From NCBI GenBank assembly GCA_965261395.1, contig OZ253462.1, positions 4,032,001 through 4,096,000 on the forward strand: 64,000 bases of DNA, given 5' to 3'. Both the position numbers and the translations under genes were made by a program. The DNA comes from Candidatus Latescibacterota bacterium (GTDB lineage Bacteria; Latescibacterota; UBA2968; UBA8231). The notes beneath the pieces are model-generated. The model did no database searches and was not told where the DNA came from. It saw only the letters and a list, made by a program, of their open reading frames with translations. Shown in pieces: positions 17,728 through 27,373 of this stretch (its first letter is position 1; each line of letters starts with the position of its first letter).

Positions 17728-19906
17728 TATCGTCGTCCGCGTCCTCGACGCTAGCGACCAAACCCCGCTGCCCAGAGCGACGTTAGCGGTACTGGGAACG
17801 GAATTTGGGGGCTACGCCAACGAAGAGGGCTACTGCCGGGTCGAGGGCTTGCCTGACGGCCAATACGACCTGCTTTGTTCGCATATTGGCTATCGCTCGC
17901 ACACCCTGCGCGGCGTTGTGCCCGGGGACGAGGCGCGCGTCGTCGCCCTCGAACCTACAGCCGTCGAAGTTCCCGAGCTAGTCGTCTCTGCTGCCCGCCG
18001 CTCCCAGACTTTTGCCCAAGCCCCCATTAGCATTTCAGTAGCCGATGCCGAGCGCATCGCCGATCACAACGCCTTCTCGCTGACAGGCCCCCTGCGCTAT
18101 GTCTCGGGCATCAGCCAAGTAGGTAGCCAGCCCGTCGTCCGCGGATCGAGCGGCTTCAGCCGTGGCACGGGCAGTCGGCTACTGATGCTGGTGGATGGAT
18201 TTCCGATGCTGTCGTCGGATCTGGGCGACATCAAGTGGGATGCCGTGCCCCTGCAGCAAGTCGAGCGCGTGGAGGTGGTCAAAGGAGCTGGCTCGGCCCT
18301 GTACGGCACGGGGGCTTTGGGCGGGGTAATCAACGTGCTGACCCGCGATCCGGCGCGTGAGCCGGGCACCCGCTTTCGGCTGCTCAGCGGGCTGTATAGC
18401 CAGCCGGCGTATAGTCAGTGGCGCTGGACCGAGTCCCCGATGCACTTTGTCGGGTTTGACGTAAGCCACAATCGGGTCTTGGGCCGGACCGGCTTGGCGC
18501 TGAGCGGGGGACACAACCGGGGCACGGGGTACCACCAAAACGGCGATAATCGCCGCTATCACCTCTACACCAAGGCGGTGCATCGCTTCTCGCCGACGAG
18601 CTATTGGCGCGTGATGGGCAACTGGGCATTGGACGATCACGGGGTCTTCGTCCTGTGGCGCGACCGCAGTCATCCGCTGGCTGTGCCCGAAAGCGACGCC
18701 CCAGCCCATAGTATCTCGTGGAAGATGCACCTCAATTCCGAGTACTACCACTTGGTACACAGCGACTTGGGCTACCGACTCAAGACGGGGTATTACCGCA
18801 CGGGTTTTACCAACAACGCGGCGGCTGGAGGCTTGGCCTCAGATGGCCACAAAATTTCGGGCGAAGGTCAGTTCGACTACACGGGATTGCGCGGTTGGAA
18901 TTGGACGCTGGGGCTGGCCTCCGTGGCCGATCTGGTGCGCTCGCCCGGCGATTTCCTCGGCACGCGCTCTTTGATGACCGTCTCCGGCTACGCCCAAGGC
19001 GTGTATGAAATCAGTCCGCTGGCCGAGTGGACGACCGGGTTGCGCTACGACTGGAATCGGCTCTCCGCCGCCTCTGGGCTGACGGACGGGCCGTGCGGGG
19101 CACCGCCGGTTGATAGTAAAAGCATTGGGGAATTTAGCCCCCAAGTCGGCTTTTCCTATCGGCTGTCGGAGGCGACCGCGCTGCGGGCTTCGCTCGGCCG
19201 CGGTTTTCGCGTGCCTTCGGTACTTGAGGTCTTTTCTCAGGCCGAGGCCTCTGGTATCCGGGTCTGCCCCAACCCCGCCTTGGATCCCGAGCGGGCTTGG
19301 TCTGGCGAGGTCGGGATCAAACAGGGGCTGGCAAAGTGGTTGGCCTTGGATATGGCTCTGTTTTGGAACGAGTACCGCGAGTTAATTGAGGCGCGTCCAG
19401 ACCCCTATGCCGGAGGGACCGTGCCCGTGGCGCGCTTCCTGAATTTGGCGCGGGCGCGGGTCGCTGGGTTTGAAAGCGAAGTCTTGGCCGCCCTGCCGCT
19501 GGGCTTGGGGGCTAGGGCGGCTTATACCTTTGTCGATGGCGTAGAGTTTCTCGATGGGGACCAAGTGCTGCCGCCTTATTGCCACGGCGACTACGGCGAT
19601 CAGGCACCGCTGCCCTATCGGTCGCGCCACGTCCTCAATCTGGGCCTCCAAGGGGAGCGCGGCCCCACTAGCGGGCAGATAAACTTCCAATATCTCAGCC
19701 GTTTTGAACGGGTATCCGGTCTCTTTGCCGAGTGCGGGCGCGACTATGTGCCCATTTACTTGCTCGACGTGCAGTTGAGCCGCCAGCTAGGCCCCTTGCG
19801 GCTCAACCTACGAGTGGACAATGCGCTGCAGTATTACTACGCGACGATCGAGCGCAAAATACGCCCCTTGCGTCGCATCTCCTTGAGCGTGGATGGTGCG
19901 CTCTAA
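17654..19906 (+). CDS. TonB-dependent receptor
   Basis: N-terminal carboxypeptidase-regulatory-like domain, plug motif VERVEVVKGAGSALYGTGALGGVINV, barrel motifs GRGFRVPS and NPALDPE. Start position uncertain. Confidence 0.92.
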   Translation: MRPSLALLCVSAFCLLNSWPSSAADIVVRVLDASDQTPLPRATLAVLGTEFGGYANEEGYCRVEGLPDGQYDLLCSHIGYRSHTLRGVVPGDEARVVALEPTAVEVPELVVSAARRSQTFAQAPISISVADAERIADHNAFSLTGPLRYVSGISQVGSQPVVRGSSGFSRGTGSRLLMLVDGFPMLSSDLGDIKWDAVPLQQVERVEVVKGAGSALYGTGALGGVINVLTRDPAREPGTRFRLLSGLYSQPAYSQWRWTESPMHFVGFDVSHNRVLGRTGLALSGGHNRGTGYHQNGDNRRYHLYTKAVHRFSPTSYWRVMGNWALDDHGVFVLWRDRSHPLAVPESDAPAHSISWKMHLNSEYYHLVHSDLGYRLKTGYYRTGFTNNAAAGGLASDGHKISGEGQFDYTGLRGWNWTLGLASVADLVRSPGDFLGTRSLMTVSGYAQGVYEISPLAEWTTGLRYDWNRLSAASGLTDGPCGAPPVDSKSIGEFSPQVGFSYRLSEATALRASLGRGFRVPSVLEVFSQAEASGIRVCPNPALDPERAWSGEVGIKQGLAKWLALDMALFWNEYRELIEARPDPYAGGTVPVARFLNLARARVAGFESEVLAALPLGLGARAAYTFVDGVEFLDGDQVLPPYCHGDYGDQAPLPYRSRHVLNLGLQGERGPTSGQINFQYLSRFERVSGLFAECGRDYVPIYLLDVQLSRQLGPLRLNLRVDNALQYYYATIERKIRPLRRISLSVDGAL

Positions 19907-21599
19907 CAATCCCTATACAGCTAGTATAGTCCAGTGGCAGGCCGCCATTGAGCAGGGCCGCTTTGACCGCGAGTTCGGGCGGATCTACGGGCGGGGACAG
20001 GTGGCGGCTTGGCGGGCCAATTACTTGGAGGCTCTGCGCCATTTTGCAGCTCGCTACGGCAGCGAGGGCCGCGTGGTCGTGGCGCGCTGCCCTGGGCAGA
20101 TGAACGTCATGGGTATGCACATTGACTACGGCGGCATGCCCTCGGTGCGGATGGCCGTGCGCGGCGCGGATACGTTGGTGGTGGCGCGGGCGGCCTCCAA
20201 CCGGCGAGTGCGGCTAGCCAGCTTCCTGCGCAGCCCAGGTGCGACCGCCGATCGCTTCGCGCCGATTGAACTCGACTTGAAGGAAATCCTACCGAAGGTC
20301 CGCGTGGCCGAGCGGCAGGCACTGATGGACTACGCGGGCCAAGTTTGCCGCCAGCGCTTAGAGCGCACGGGTAGCGCCTTGGCCCGCGATTGGTCGGCGC
20401 TGGTGGAAGGCCAGCTCGTGTACTTGGAGAGTTATTTTCGCGGTCGAGTGGCCTTGGGCGGCTTCGACGGGCTGGTGTGGAGCAATGTCTCGCCCAGCGG
20501 GGGCATGAGTTCGTCCTCGGCGCTGGTTGTGGCGACGGCGCTGGCGGCGATGGGGGTTCACGGATTGGTGCCGCGCTGCGATATGCCCGAAGCGGACTTG
20601 GTCGATGGGCTGGGCACCTCCGAGTGGATGCGCGGCACGCGCGGCGGCACGGCCGACCACGGAGGGATGATCTTGGGTCGGGCGGGCAAACTGGTCGGCG
20701 TCGGCGTCTTTCCGGCCCGTGTGCAAGGCGAGGCCGCATTGCCCGACGAGTACGCCGCCCTAGTGATCGACAGCGGCGTCGTGCGCGAATACGACGAGGC
20801 CGTCAAGGAAGAGACGGTCATCGCCTATCCGCTCGGCGCGTTTATCGCCCGCGAGTTGGTTTTGCCGCAGTTGGGCACAAGTCGCGCCGTGTGCGAGCGC
20901 GTCCGCTATCTCCGGGATATTGCGCCCGAGCCGTTGGGGCTGTCGCTTGCGGAGTTGTACCGGGTCTTGGGCCAGATGCCTCGGCAGACCAGTCTGGCGC
21001 AGTTAGCTGCCGAAGCGCAAGCGGCCGGAGTCGGGGAGCATTTCGACGCCATGTGCCAGCGAGAGGTCGCCGGCAAGTTCCAGCTTCTATCCGAGGACAC
21101 GCCTTTGTTTATTCGCCGGCGCTGCGTCTATGGTTTGGCTGAGCAGGACCGGGTGGCCGGTATGGTCGAATACCTCAATGCGGGCGATATGGCCACGGCT
21201 TTGGAGCTGATCCGCATTTCGCACGACGGCGATCTGGATCGGGAAGTCGGAGACGAGGTCTTGGCACAACTCATAGAGCGAGCCGAGCGCGGGGAAGCGC
21301 AAGCGCAACTGCGCTTTTTGCCCGGGGGCTACGGGCGGATGACGCCGGCCTACGATCGGACCGTGCGGGTGATCAATCGGTTTCTCACCGCCGAGGGACC
21401 AACGGCGGGGGCCGTGCAGCGGCTGGGTGCTGGCTGGGGCGGCAACATCGGCGGATTAGTCCATCGTGCGTTCGTCGATGGGGACCGCCGCGATGCATTT
21501 GCAGATATGTTGCGCACGGAGCTGGGCCATGAGCCGGAGCTAGCCGTGGCCGTGCCCGGCGAAGGGGCCGGTTTGCTCGCCGCACCCCAAGGAGATTGA
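19893..21599 (+). CDS. GHMP-superfamily (galactokinase-like) sugar kinase
   Basis: PGQMNVMGMHIDY, ATP motif PSGGMSSSSA and RLGAGWGG. Confidence 0.8.
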   Translation: MVRSNNPYTASIVQWQAAIEQGRFDREFGRIYGRGQVAAWRANYLEALRHFAARYGSEGRVVVARCPGQMNVMGMHIDYGGMPSVRMAVRGADTLVVARAASNRRVRLASFLRSPGATADRFAPIELDLKEILPKVRVAERQALMDYAGQVCRQRLERTGSALARDWSALVEGQLVYLESYFRGRVALGGFDGLVWSNVSPSGGMSSSSALVVATALAAMGVHGLVPRCDMPEADLVDGLGTSEWMRGTRGGTADHGGMILGRAGKLVGVGVFPARVQGEAALPDEYAALVIDSGVVREYDEAVKEETVIAYPLGAFIARELVLPQLGTSRAVCERVRYLRDIAPEPLGLSLAELYRVLGQMPRQTSLAQLAAEAQAAGVGEHFDAMCQREVAGKFQLLSEDTPLFIRRRCVYGLAEQDRVAGMVEYLNAGDMATALELIRISHDGDLDREVGDEVLAQLIERAERGEAQAQLRFLPGGYGRMTPAYDRTVRVINRFLTAEGPTAGAVQRLGAGWGGNIGGLVHRAFVDGDRRDAFADMLRTELGHEPELAVAVPGEGAGLLAAPQGD

Positions 21600-21600
21600 G

Positions 21601-22788
21601 ATGGAACACTTGTTGGACGGCGTGCAGGTGCTCGACTTGACGCGGGTTTTAGCCGGGCCGTACGCGTCTATGGTGTTGGCCGACTTGGGTGCGGAAGTGA
21701 TCAAGATCGAGCTGCCGGGCACGGGCGACGAGGCGCGGGGGTTCGGGCCGTTCCAAAACGGCGAGAGCGCGTACTTTGCCAGCGTCAACCGCGGCAAAAA
21801 AAGCGTGACGATCGACTTGCGACAGGCACAGGGTCAGGACTTGGCGCGGCGTTTGGCTGGCGAGTGCGATGTGTTGATTGAGAACTTTCGTCCCGGCAGC
21901 ATGGATCGCTTTGGGTTGGGGTACGCGGCCCTGCACGCGCTGTATCCGCGCTTGGTGTACGCGTCGATCTCGGGTTTTGGCCAAACCGGCCCGTACGCGC
22001 AGCGGCCCGCGTACGACGTGCTCATTCAGGCGATGGGGGGGCTGGCCAGCATCACCGGGCAGCCCGACGGTCCGCCCGTGCGGGTCGGCTCGTCGATTGC
22101 CGACTTGAGCGCGGCTCTCTTTGGAGCCATTGGCATCCTCGCGGCCTTGGAGCGGGCACGGCGCACCGGCGAGGGGCAGCAAGTCGATATTTCCATGCTC
22201 GACTGTCAGGTAGCCCTGCTGGAAAACGCCCTCGCCCGCTACGCTGTATCCGGCGAAGTGCCCAAGCCGCTCGGGTCGCGGCATCCGGCCATTACCCCTT
22301 TCCAGTTCTTCGCCGCCCGCGATGGGTACATTGTCATTGCCGCGGGCAACGACCGGCTCTGGCGTCAGCTCTGCGACGCCTTGGGCTTGAGCGCATTGGC
22401 CGACGATCCGCGCTTTGCCAACAATGCGCTGCGCACCGAGAACCACGCGGCATTGGAGCCGATTTTGGAACAGGTGCTGGTCGAGAAAACCGTTGATGAG
22501 TGGTGCGCCATACTAGCTGCGGCCGGCGTGCCGAGCGGGCCGTTGTGCGATGTGGAGCAGGTCTTTGGCGATGAGCAGGTGGCGGCGCGGGAGATGATTG
22601 TCGAGCTGGAGCACCCGGTCGCGGGTCGGCAGACAGTGGCCAACTCGCCGCTGCGGTTTTCCGCGACGCCGGTCGAGTTGCGCGGGCCAGCGCCCTTGTT
22701 GGGGCAGCATACCGAGGAGGTCTTAAGCGGCGTCTTGGGGGTGACGGAAGGGGAGATGGCGGCGTTGCGGGCTGAGGGGGTGATATGA
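21601..22788 (+). CDS. CaiB/BaiF family III CoA-transferase
   Basis: DLTRVLAGP, LADLGAEVIKIE, NRGKKS, ENFRPG, YD..IQA.GG and PLLGQHT. Confidence 0.96.
   Translation: MEHLLDGVQVLDLTRVLAGPYASMVLADLGAEVIKIELPGTGDEARGFGPFQNGESAYFASVNRGKKSVTIDLRQAQGQDLARRLAGECDVLIENFRPGSMDRFGLGYAALHALYPRLVYASISGFGQTGPYAQRPAYDVLIQAMGGLASITGQPDGPPVRVGSSIADLSAALFGAIGILAALERARRTGEGQQVDISMLDCQVALLENALARYAVSGEVPKPLGSRHPAITPFQFFAARDGYIVIAAGNDRLWRQLCDALGLSALADDPRFANNALRTENHAALEPILEQVLVEKTVDEWCAILAAAGVPSGPLCDVEQVFGDEQVAAREMIVELEHPVAGRQTVANSPLRFSATPVELRGPAPLLGQHTEEVLSGVLGVTEGEMAALRAEGVI
22701..22788 (+). repeat. Direct repeat A (3' end of the CoA-transferase gene); second copy at 27264-27351
   Basis: 88-bp ungapped alignment, 77/88 identical by manual count. 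Confidence 0.9.
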
Positions 22789-23258
22789 GGGCGGGGAGTG
22801 CTTGGCTGCGCCTTGGTTGCTGCTGGATATGCTGCGACCTAACGGAAATCGGTGGCTGCCTCGAAGCATTTGTTGTAAAAAATGGCTTGGGCGAAACCTA
22901 TGCGGCCGGGACCGGCTTCATTATTGACACCGCGCCCGATACGGTCCGTGCGCCCGACGTCAGCTTTGTGTCGCGGGAACGCGCTGAGGCTACCGCAGAA
23001 GAACGAGGTTTTTTCCCCGGCGCACCCGACCTCGCCGTTGAAGTCATTTCGCCCAATGATCGATACAGCGAGATTGAAGAAAAAGTGTCCGACTGGCTGC
23101 GGGCGGGTACGCAGATGGTCGTTGTGATAGACCCCCACCAACGCACCGCAACGGTTTACCGCGCACCCGACGATATTTGTATTCTCACCGAAGGCGACAT
23201 GCTCGACGGCGGCGATGTAGTGCCTGGGTGGAAAATGGCTCTTGCAGACGTATTCTAA
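22785..23258 (+). pseudogene. Uma2 (DUF820) endonuclease, 5'-truncated
   Basis: VRAPDVSFV and APDLAVEVISP motifs present; the N-terminal ELxxGxL...H segment is replaced by unrelated sequence. Confidence 0.7.
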
Positions 23259-23308
23259 ATGGCGGACGCATGGCTCGGGTAGCTCAGGAGTTGGCGCTGT
23301 ACAATGCG

Positions 23309-23348
23309 AGGGCGGCCATCTCAGCACATCGAGATGGCCGCCCTTTTT
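23309..23348 (+). terminator. Rho-independent terminator
   Basis: 14-bp perfect stem AGGGCGGCCATCTC / GAGATGGCCGCCCT followed by a T tract, between convergent genes. Confidence 0.85.
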
Positions 23349-23418
23349 GTTTTAGCACCCTGATAATCGGGGCCGAATTCTACATCGAACCTGCCCAATG
23401 CAATTTGGGCGTGTATCG

Positions 23419-25068
23419 TCAGATCGGAAGGGGCAACTGCTCTTCCTCGACAGCCCTCTTCATCCAAGTGTTGAACTGCGTATTCACAAGGCCATAGTGG
23501 TTTTCCAACTCTGATTTTTCGATAGACCCGTTGGCAAGTCGTTCTTGGAGCGACTGAATAAAGTGCCCGTACAGGTCAGAGATGCCAGACGGTTCCTGTG
23601 GGCTGGTGTGCTCGGGCTGTTGGTTCAAACTAAGCATCACCGGCTTCGACTCCGCGACCACGTTTTCCTCGACAGCCCTCTTCATCCAAGTGTTGAACTG
23701 CGTATTCACAAGGCCATAGTGGCTTTTCAACTCTGATTTTTCGATAGACCCATTGGTAAGCCGTTCTTGGAGCGACTGAATAAAGTGCCCGTACAGGTCA
23801 GAGATGCCAGACGGTTCCTGTGGGCTGGTGTGCTCGGGCTGTTGGTTTAAACTAAGCATCATCGGCTTCGACTCCGTGACCACGTTTTCCTCGATAGCTC
23901 TCTTCATCCAAGCGTCGAACTGCGTTTTCACAAGGCCATAGTGGCTTTCCAACTCTGATTTTTTGATAGACCCATTGGCAAGCCATTCGCGGAGCGACTG
24001 AATGAAGTGCCCGTATAGGTCAGAACTCTGCTCCTGCGGCCTAGTGTACTCGGGCTGTTCCGAGACGTTTCCAGCACCAGAAGGAGCGGTCCCTACTTCA
24101 GTGTCTGCATATAAGGAGTCGTCCTCTATTTGCCCTGATGAGGCGGCTGATTGATCCGAGACACAAATCTGCTGGATTACCTCCTGCGGAGGACCTTGTG
24201 CTTGATGGACGCTTAAAAGGGCCGTATTGCCGGGGGAACCATCGCTGTCTTGGCGGACCCAGATTGGTACCCATTGTCTCTTCATATTCTCAATGGCACC
24301 TTCCCAAGTGCCACCTTTTATACCGGAATGAACAACTAACGCTCTGTCGGACAGGCAGTAGATGTACTTATTCCTTTGCATGGCTCTGCCGACGGTGAAG
24401 CCTGCCTCGGGGTTAAATGGCGAGACCAGCACTAGATTCTGAGACCGCAGATAGGATCGGTACATCTTACTTGACGACGCGCGTAGCAGGCTGTCCGCAA
24501 GAATGCCGACAACAGTGCCTTCCCTGTCCAGTGCCCCGAACATCGCGGCTTGGTCAATCCCCTTCGCTCCGCCCGATACGACGGAGTAACCGGCACCAGC
24601 CACAGCCTCGCCGAACGCCTGAGTCCAAGAAAGATCGCGATCCGAAGCCGCTCGAGAGCCGACGACTGCGATTCCTCTAGAACGCAGCAACTTTTGGTGG
24701 CCGCAGCCGTACAGCACTGGGGGGGATGCTTGGCCGAGCCGCTTCTTTAGGTGGACTGGATAGTCATCGTCAGCGCTCGTCAGCCACCACAAGCCAGCTT
24801 GTGCCCACCTATCCTTGGCAAGCCCCAAGGCACTTCCTCGATCTAGAAGTCTTTTGATCCTCTCCGTAGTTCCCCTAGGGTCGGACCTGCCTCCCAAGAC
24901 TTCATCCACATTCTCTAAGAGGTATTCTATGGTTGCATTCCGTTCCTTGAGCCAATTTGCAAATGCCCACCATTCTTCCGTCGTTAAGGGTTTCGCTCCG
25001 CCGTCATCAGAGCCGGAAAGGTGCGCCGTCAGGAGCAGCACCGCATCGCTATTGCCAGATGTAGCCAT
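23419..25068 (-). CDS. DprA/Smf-like protein (RqlI-like) with three tandem C-terminal helical repeats
   Basis: YP..L...PPVLYGCG, AVVGSR, VSGGAKGIDQAA, AMQRNKYIY and GGTWEGA DprA motifs; 74-aa C-terminal repeats; 1 bp downstream of the RecQ-like gene. Confidence 0.88.
   Translation of the reverse strand: MATSGNSDAVLLLTAHLSGSDDGGAKPLTTEEWWAFANWLKERNATIEYLLENVDEVLGGRSDPRGTTERIKRLLDRGSALGLAKDRWAQAGLWWLTSADDDYPVHLKKRLGQASPPVLYGCGHQKLLRSRGIAVVGSRAASDRDLSWTQAFGEAVAGAGYSVVSGGAKGIDQAAMFGALDREGTVVGILADSLLRASSSKMYRSYLRSQNLVLVSPFNPEAGFTVGRAMQRNKYIYCLSDRALVVHSGIKGGTWEGAIENMKRQWVPIWVRQDSDGSPGNTALLSVHQAQGPPQEVIQQICVSDQSAASSGQIEDDSLYADTEVGTAPSGAGNVSEQPEYTRPQEQSSDLYGHFIQSLREWLANGSIKKSELESHYGLVKTQFDAWMKRAIEENVVTESKPMMLSLNQQPEHTSPQEPSGISDLYGHFIQSLQERLTNGSIEKSELKSHYGLVNTQFNTWMKRAVEENVVAESKPVMLSLNQQPEHTSPQEPSGISDLYGHFIQSLQERLANGSIEKSELENHYGLVNTQFNTWMKRAVEEEQLPLPI
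23449..24060 (-). repeat. Intragenic tandem repeat, 222-bp period, about 2.7 copies
   Basis: GACTGAAT(A/G)AAGTGCCCGTA begins at 23552, 23774 and 23996. Confidence 0.92.
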
Positions 25069-25069
25069 T

Positions 25070-27160
25070 TCAACCTCCTATGCCCGCTGTTGCCAGTCCT
25101 ACGGGATAAACTAAGCCGCTTCCGGAGCGCCGGAGGAGCGCCGCCAGAACAGTCATCGTCCAGCGTGAATCGACTACATCGTCAACGAGTAGGACGGGCG
25201 AAGCTGGAACTCTGCCGACGACTTTGAACGCGCCGTCGAGATTTCGGCACTGATGGAAGGTGTTCGCCTGCTGTTTCTGTGGCGGGCAGTCTCGTACTTT
25301 CTGGATCACATCGCAGAACGGTAGTTTGAGCTTATCTGCCAAGCGTCGTGCGAAATCAGGAACTAGGGCTGGGCACCGAAGCGATGGAACGCAGGTAACC
25401 CATTCCACAGGCGAGTCGGGCTGCCATCGCTCTCGGACCATTTCAGCCACTGCGCGGACAAGCTCGTCCCGGAAGTGCTCAGATTCCTTGTCTGCGGCGA
25501 CGACCGCGCCCCAGCCGGCATCTCCCCACTGGGACAGAATTCGCCCCTCCGACGCCTGTAGCTCCGGTACTAAGCGGTCATCAGGGAACCCGTAGGTCGG
25601 CAGCACTCCTTTGCGGATGCTCTTTCTCGGCTCGAACGGCAGTTCCGATCTGCGCAGAAAACGGACCGCTTCCACCTCTAGTTCGTGCTCGACTGTGATT
25701 GAGATCACAGGCTTTCCCATGCAGTTCGCGCACTTGCCGCATCTCTCGACTGCGGGATCGTCTAGCATGTGTCCGAGGTATTCCATGAAGCAGTTGTCGG
25801 TATCTACGTACTCCTGGAACTCTTGCCACTCGCGTTCCCTCTGGCCAGAAAGTCGATGAATGCGCTCCCGGTCCAACTCGAATTCGGCTGCGGTTCGGTG
25901 CCATTTTGGACCGATCTTTATGGCAGGTGAAGGAACTTCGACGCTGAGGACCTTCAGTACCTGCTCAATCTGGCTCTGGCGCATGTTTAGCTGGTTCTGT
26001 AATTCAATGATAGACTGGCCATCAGAGTCTTCCAATGCATAGAGTACCTTCTCAACCGTACGTTCTGGTGGAAAGGCTGTTCTCCGAAAGTAGTCGTGAA
26101 TCTGATCATCTTCCTCTCCCGCGAGCAGGATCCCAACGGCGCTAGGGATGGCCCGGCCGGCTCTGCCTACCTGCTGGTAGTAGGCGACGACGGAACTAGG
26201 AGCCTGATAGTGGATGACGAAGCTGAGGTCTGGCTTGTCGTATCCCATGCCTAAGGCCGTGGTAGCGACTAGGACCTTGATCTCGTTGTTTAGTAGCATG
26301 CCTTCCAGTCGGCGGCGTTCATCGTGGCCAGCTTGGCCCTGAAGACCCGCATGGTAGGCCCGAGCTGAAATGCCATGCCGAGACAGCCAAGCGGCAACCT
26401 GTTCGGCGTCACGCTTGGTAAGTACGTACACTATGCCACTGCCAGGGATCTGCGGAATTGATTGGGCAAGCCACGCTAGGCGCGAGGCTTGATTGTCGAG
26501 CCTTATGGTTTGGAGCGAAAGCGAGTGACGAGAGAGCGGGCCGCGCTGGATTTGGAAATGAGCTAGCTGCGTCTTAATATCGCCAATCACCCGGTCGTTA
26601 GCAGTTGCGGTCGTGCCGAGGACCGGCGTATTACGCGGAAGCATTCTCAGCACGTTAGTCAAGCGCCGGTAATCAGGCCGGAAGTCATGGCCCCAGTCGG
26701 AAATACAATGCGCCTCGTCCACAACGAGCAGACCGATACGATCTGCGATCTTCATCAGTGTGCTCTGGCGGAAGTTTTCGTTAGCGAGCCGTTCGGGTGT
26801 TATCAGCAAGGCATCGATCTGATCGTTAATCACGTCCGTGATGATGGCGTCCCAGTCATCGCGATTGGACGAGTCGATTGATGCGGCGCGTATTCCGAGT
26901 CGCTGCGCCGCCTCAACCTGATTTCGCATCAGAGCGAGCAGCGGCGATACGATGATGGTTGGGCCGCGACCTGCGTCTCGGAAGATTCTCGTGGTGACGA
27001 AGTACACGGCACTCTTGCCCCAGCCCGTCCGTTGCACTAGGAGCAGCTTGGCTCTCCGATTCGACACGGCATCAATCGCTTCCCATTGCCCAGCCCTGAA
27101 CCGCGCATCGGAGTTGCCCACAGCTATCTGTAGAAGCCTCTCCGCTTGTTGTCTATTCAT
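25070..27160 (-). CDS. rqlH: RecQ-like helicase with C-terminal phosphoribosyltransferase domain (RqlH-like)
   Basis: QRTGWGKS, DEAHCISDWGHDFRPDY, QQVGRAGR, Zn motif C...CGKCANC, and C-terminal PRPP motif VLLVDDVVDSRWT. Confidence 0.9.
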   Translation of the reverse strand: MNRQQAERLLQIAVGNSDARFRAGQWEAIDAVSNRRAKLLLVQRTGWGKSAVYFVTTRIFRDAGRGPTIIVSPLLALMRNQVEAAQRLGIRAASIDSSNRDDWDAIITDVINDQIDALLITPERLANENFRQSTLMKIADRIGLLVVDEAHCISDWGHDFRPDYRRLTNVLRMLPRNTPVLGTTATANDRVIGDIKTQLAHFQIQRGPLSRHSLSLQTIRLDNQASRLAWLAQSIPQIPGSGIVYVLTKRDAEQVAAWLSRHGISARAYHAGLQGQAGHDERRRLEGMLLNNEIKVLVATTALGMGYDKPDLSFVIHYQAPSSVVAYYQQVGRAGRAIPSAVGILLAGEEDDQIHDYFRRTAFPPERTVEKVLYALEDSDGQSIIELQNQLNMRQSQIEQVLKVLSVEVPSPAIKIGPKWHRTAAEFELDRERIHRLSGQREREWQEFQEYVDTDNCFMEYLGHMLDDPAVERCGKCANCMGKPVISITVEHELEVEAVRFLRRSELPFEPRKSIRKGVLPTYGFPDDRLVPELQASEGRILSQWGDAGWGAVVAADKESEHFRDELVRAVAEMVRERWQPDSPVEWVTCVPSLRCPALVPDFARRLADKLKLPFCDVIQKVRDCPPQKQQANTFHQCRNLDGAFKVVGRVPASPVLLVDDVVDSRWTMTVLAALLRRSGSGLVYPVGLATAGIGG

Positions 27161-27183
27161 CCTAAATACCTAGCGAAGCGAAT

Positions 27184-27250
27184 AAAACAGCGTCAAGCTC
27201 AAGTGGGAGGAGAACCCATATCGGCGCTCGCTACAGTGCACAAGGGGCGC
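27184..27250 (+). repeat. Direct repeat B (degenerate copy of the RBS and 5' end of the gene at 29523); intact copy at 29491-29555
   Basis: AAAACAGCGTCAAGC is identical in both; then AAG..GAGGAGAA..AT(A/G)TCGGCGCT..CTACA.TGC..AAGG. The start ATG has become ATA. Confidence 0.85.
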
Positions 27251-27263
27251 AGCTCACGGGCGC

Positions 27264-27351
27264 GGGGCAGCACACCGAGGAGGTCCTAAGCGGCGTCTTG
27301 GGGCTGACGGAAGGGGAGATAGAAGCGTTGCGGGCTGGGGGAGTAATATAG
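27264..27351 (+). repeat. Second, diverged copy of the CoA-transferase 3' end (repeat A')
   Basis: Translates GQHTEEVLSGVLGLTEGEIEALRAGGVI* versus GQHTEEVLSGVLGVTEGEMAALRAEGVI* in the intact gene. Confidence 0.9.
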
Positions 27352-27373
27352 ATTGGGTTTCGGTGTGCTCGGC

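Noticed and set aside
23419-25068. Canonical competence dprA
   Set aside because: It is coupled to a RecQ-PRTase inside a repeat-bounded cassette and has an atypical N-terminus and C-terminal repeats.
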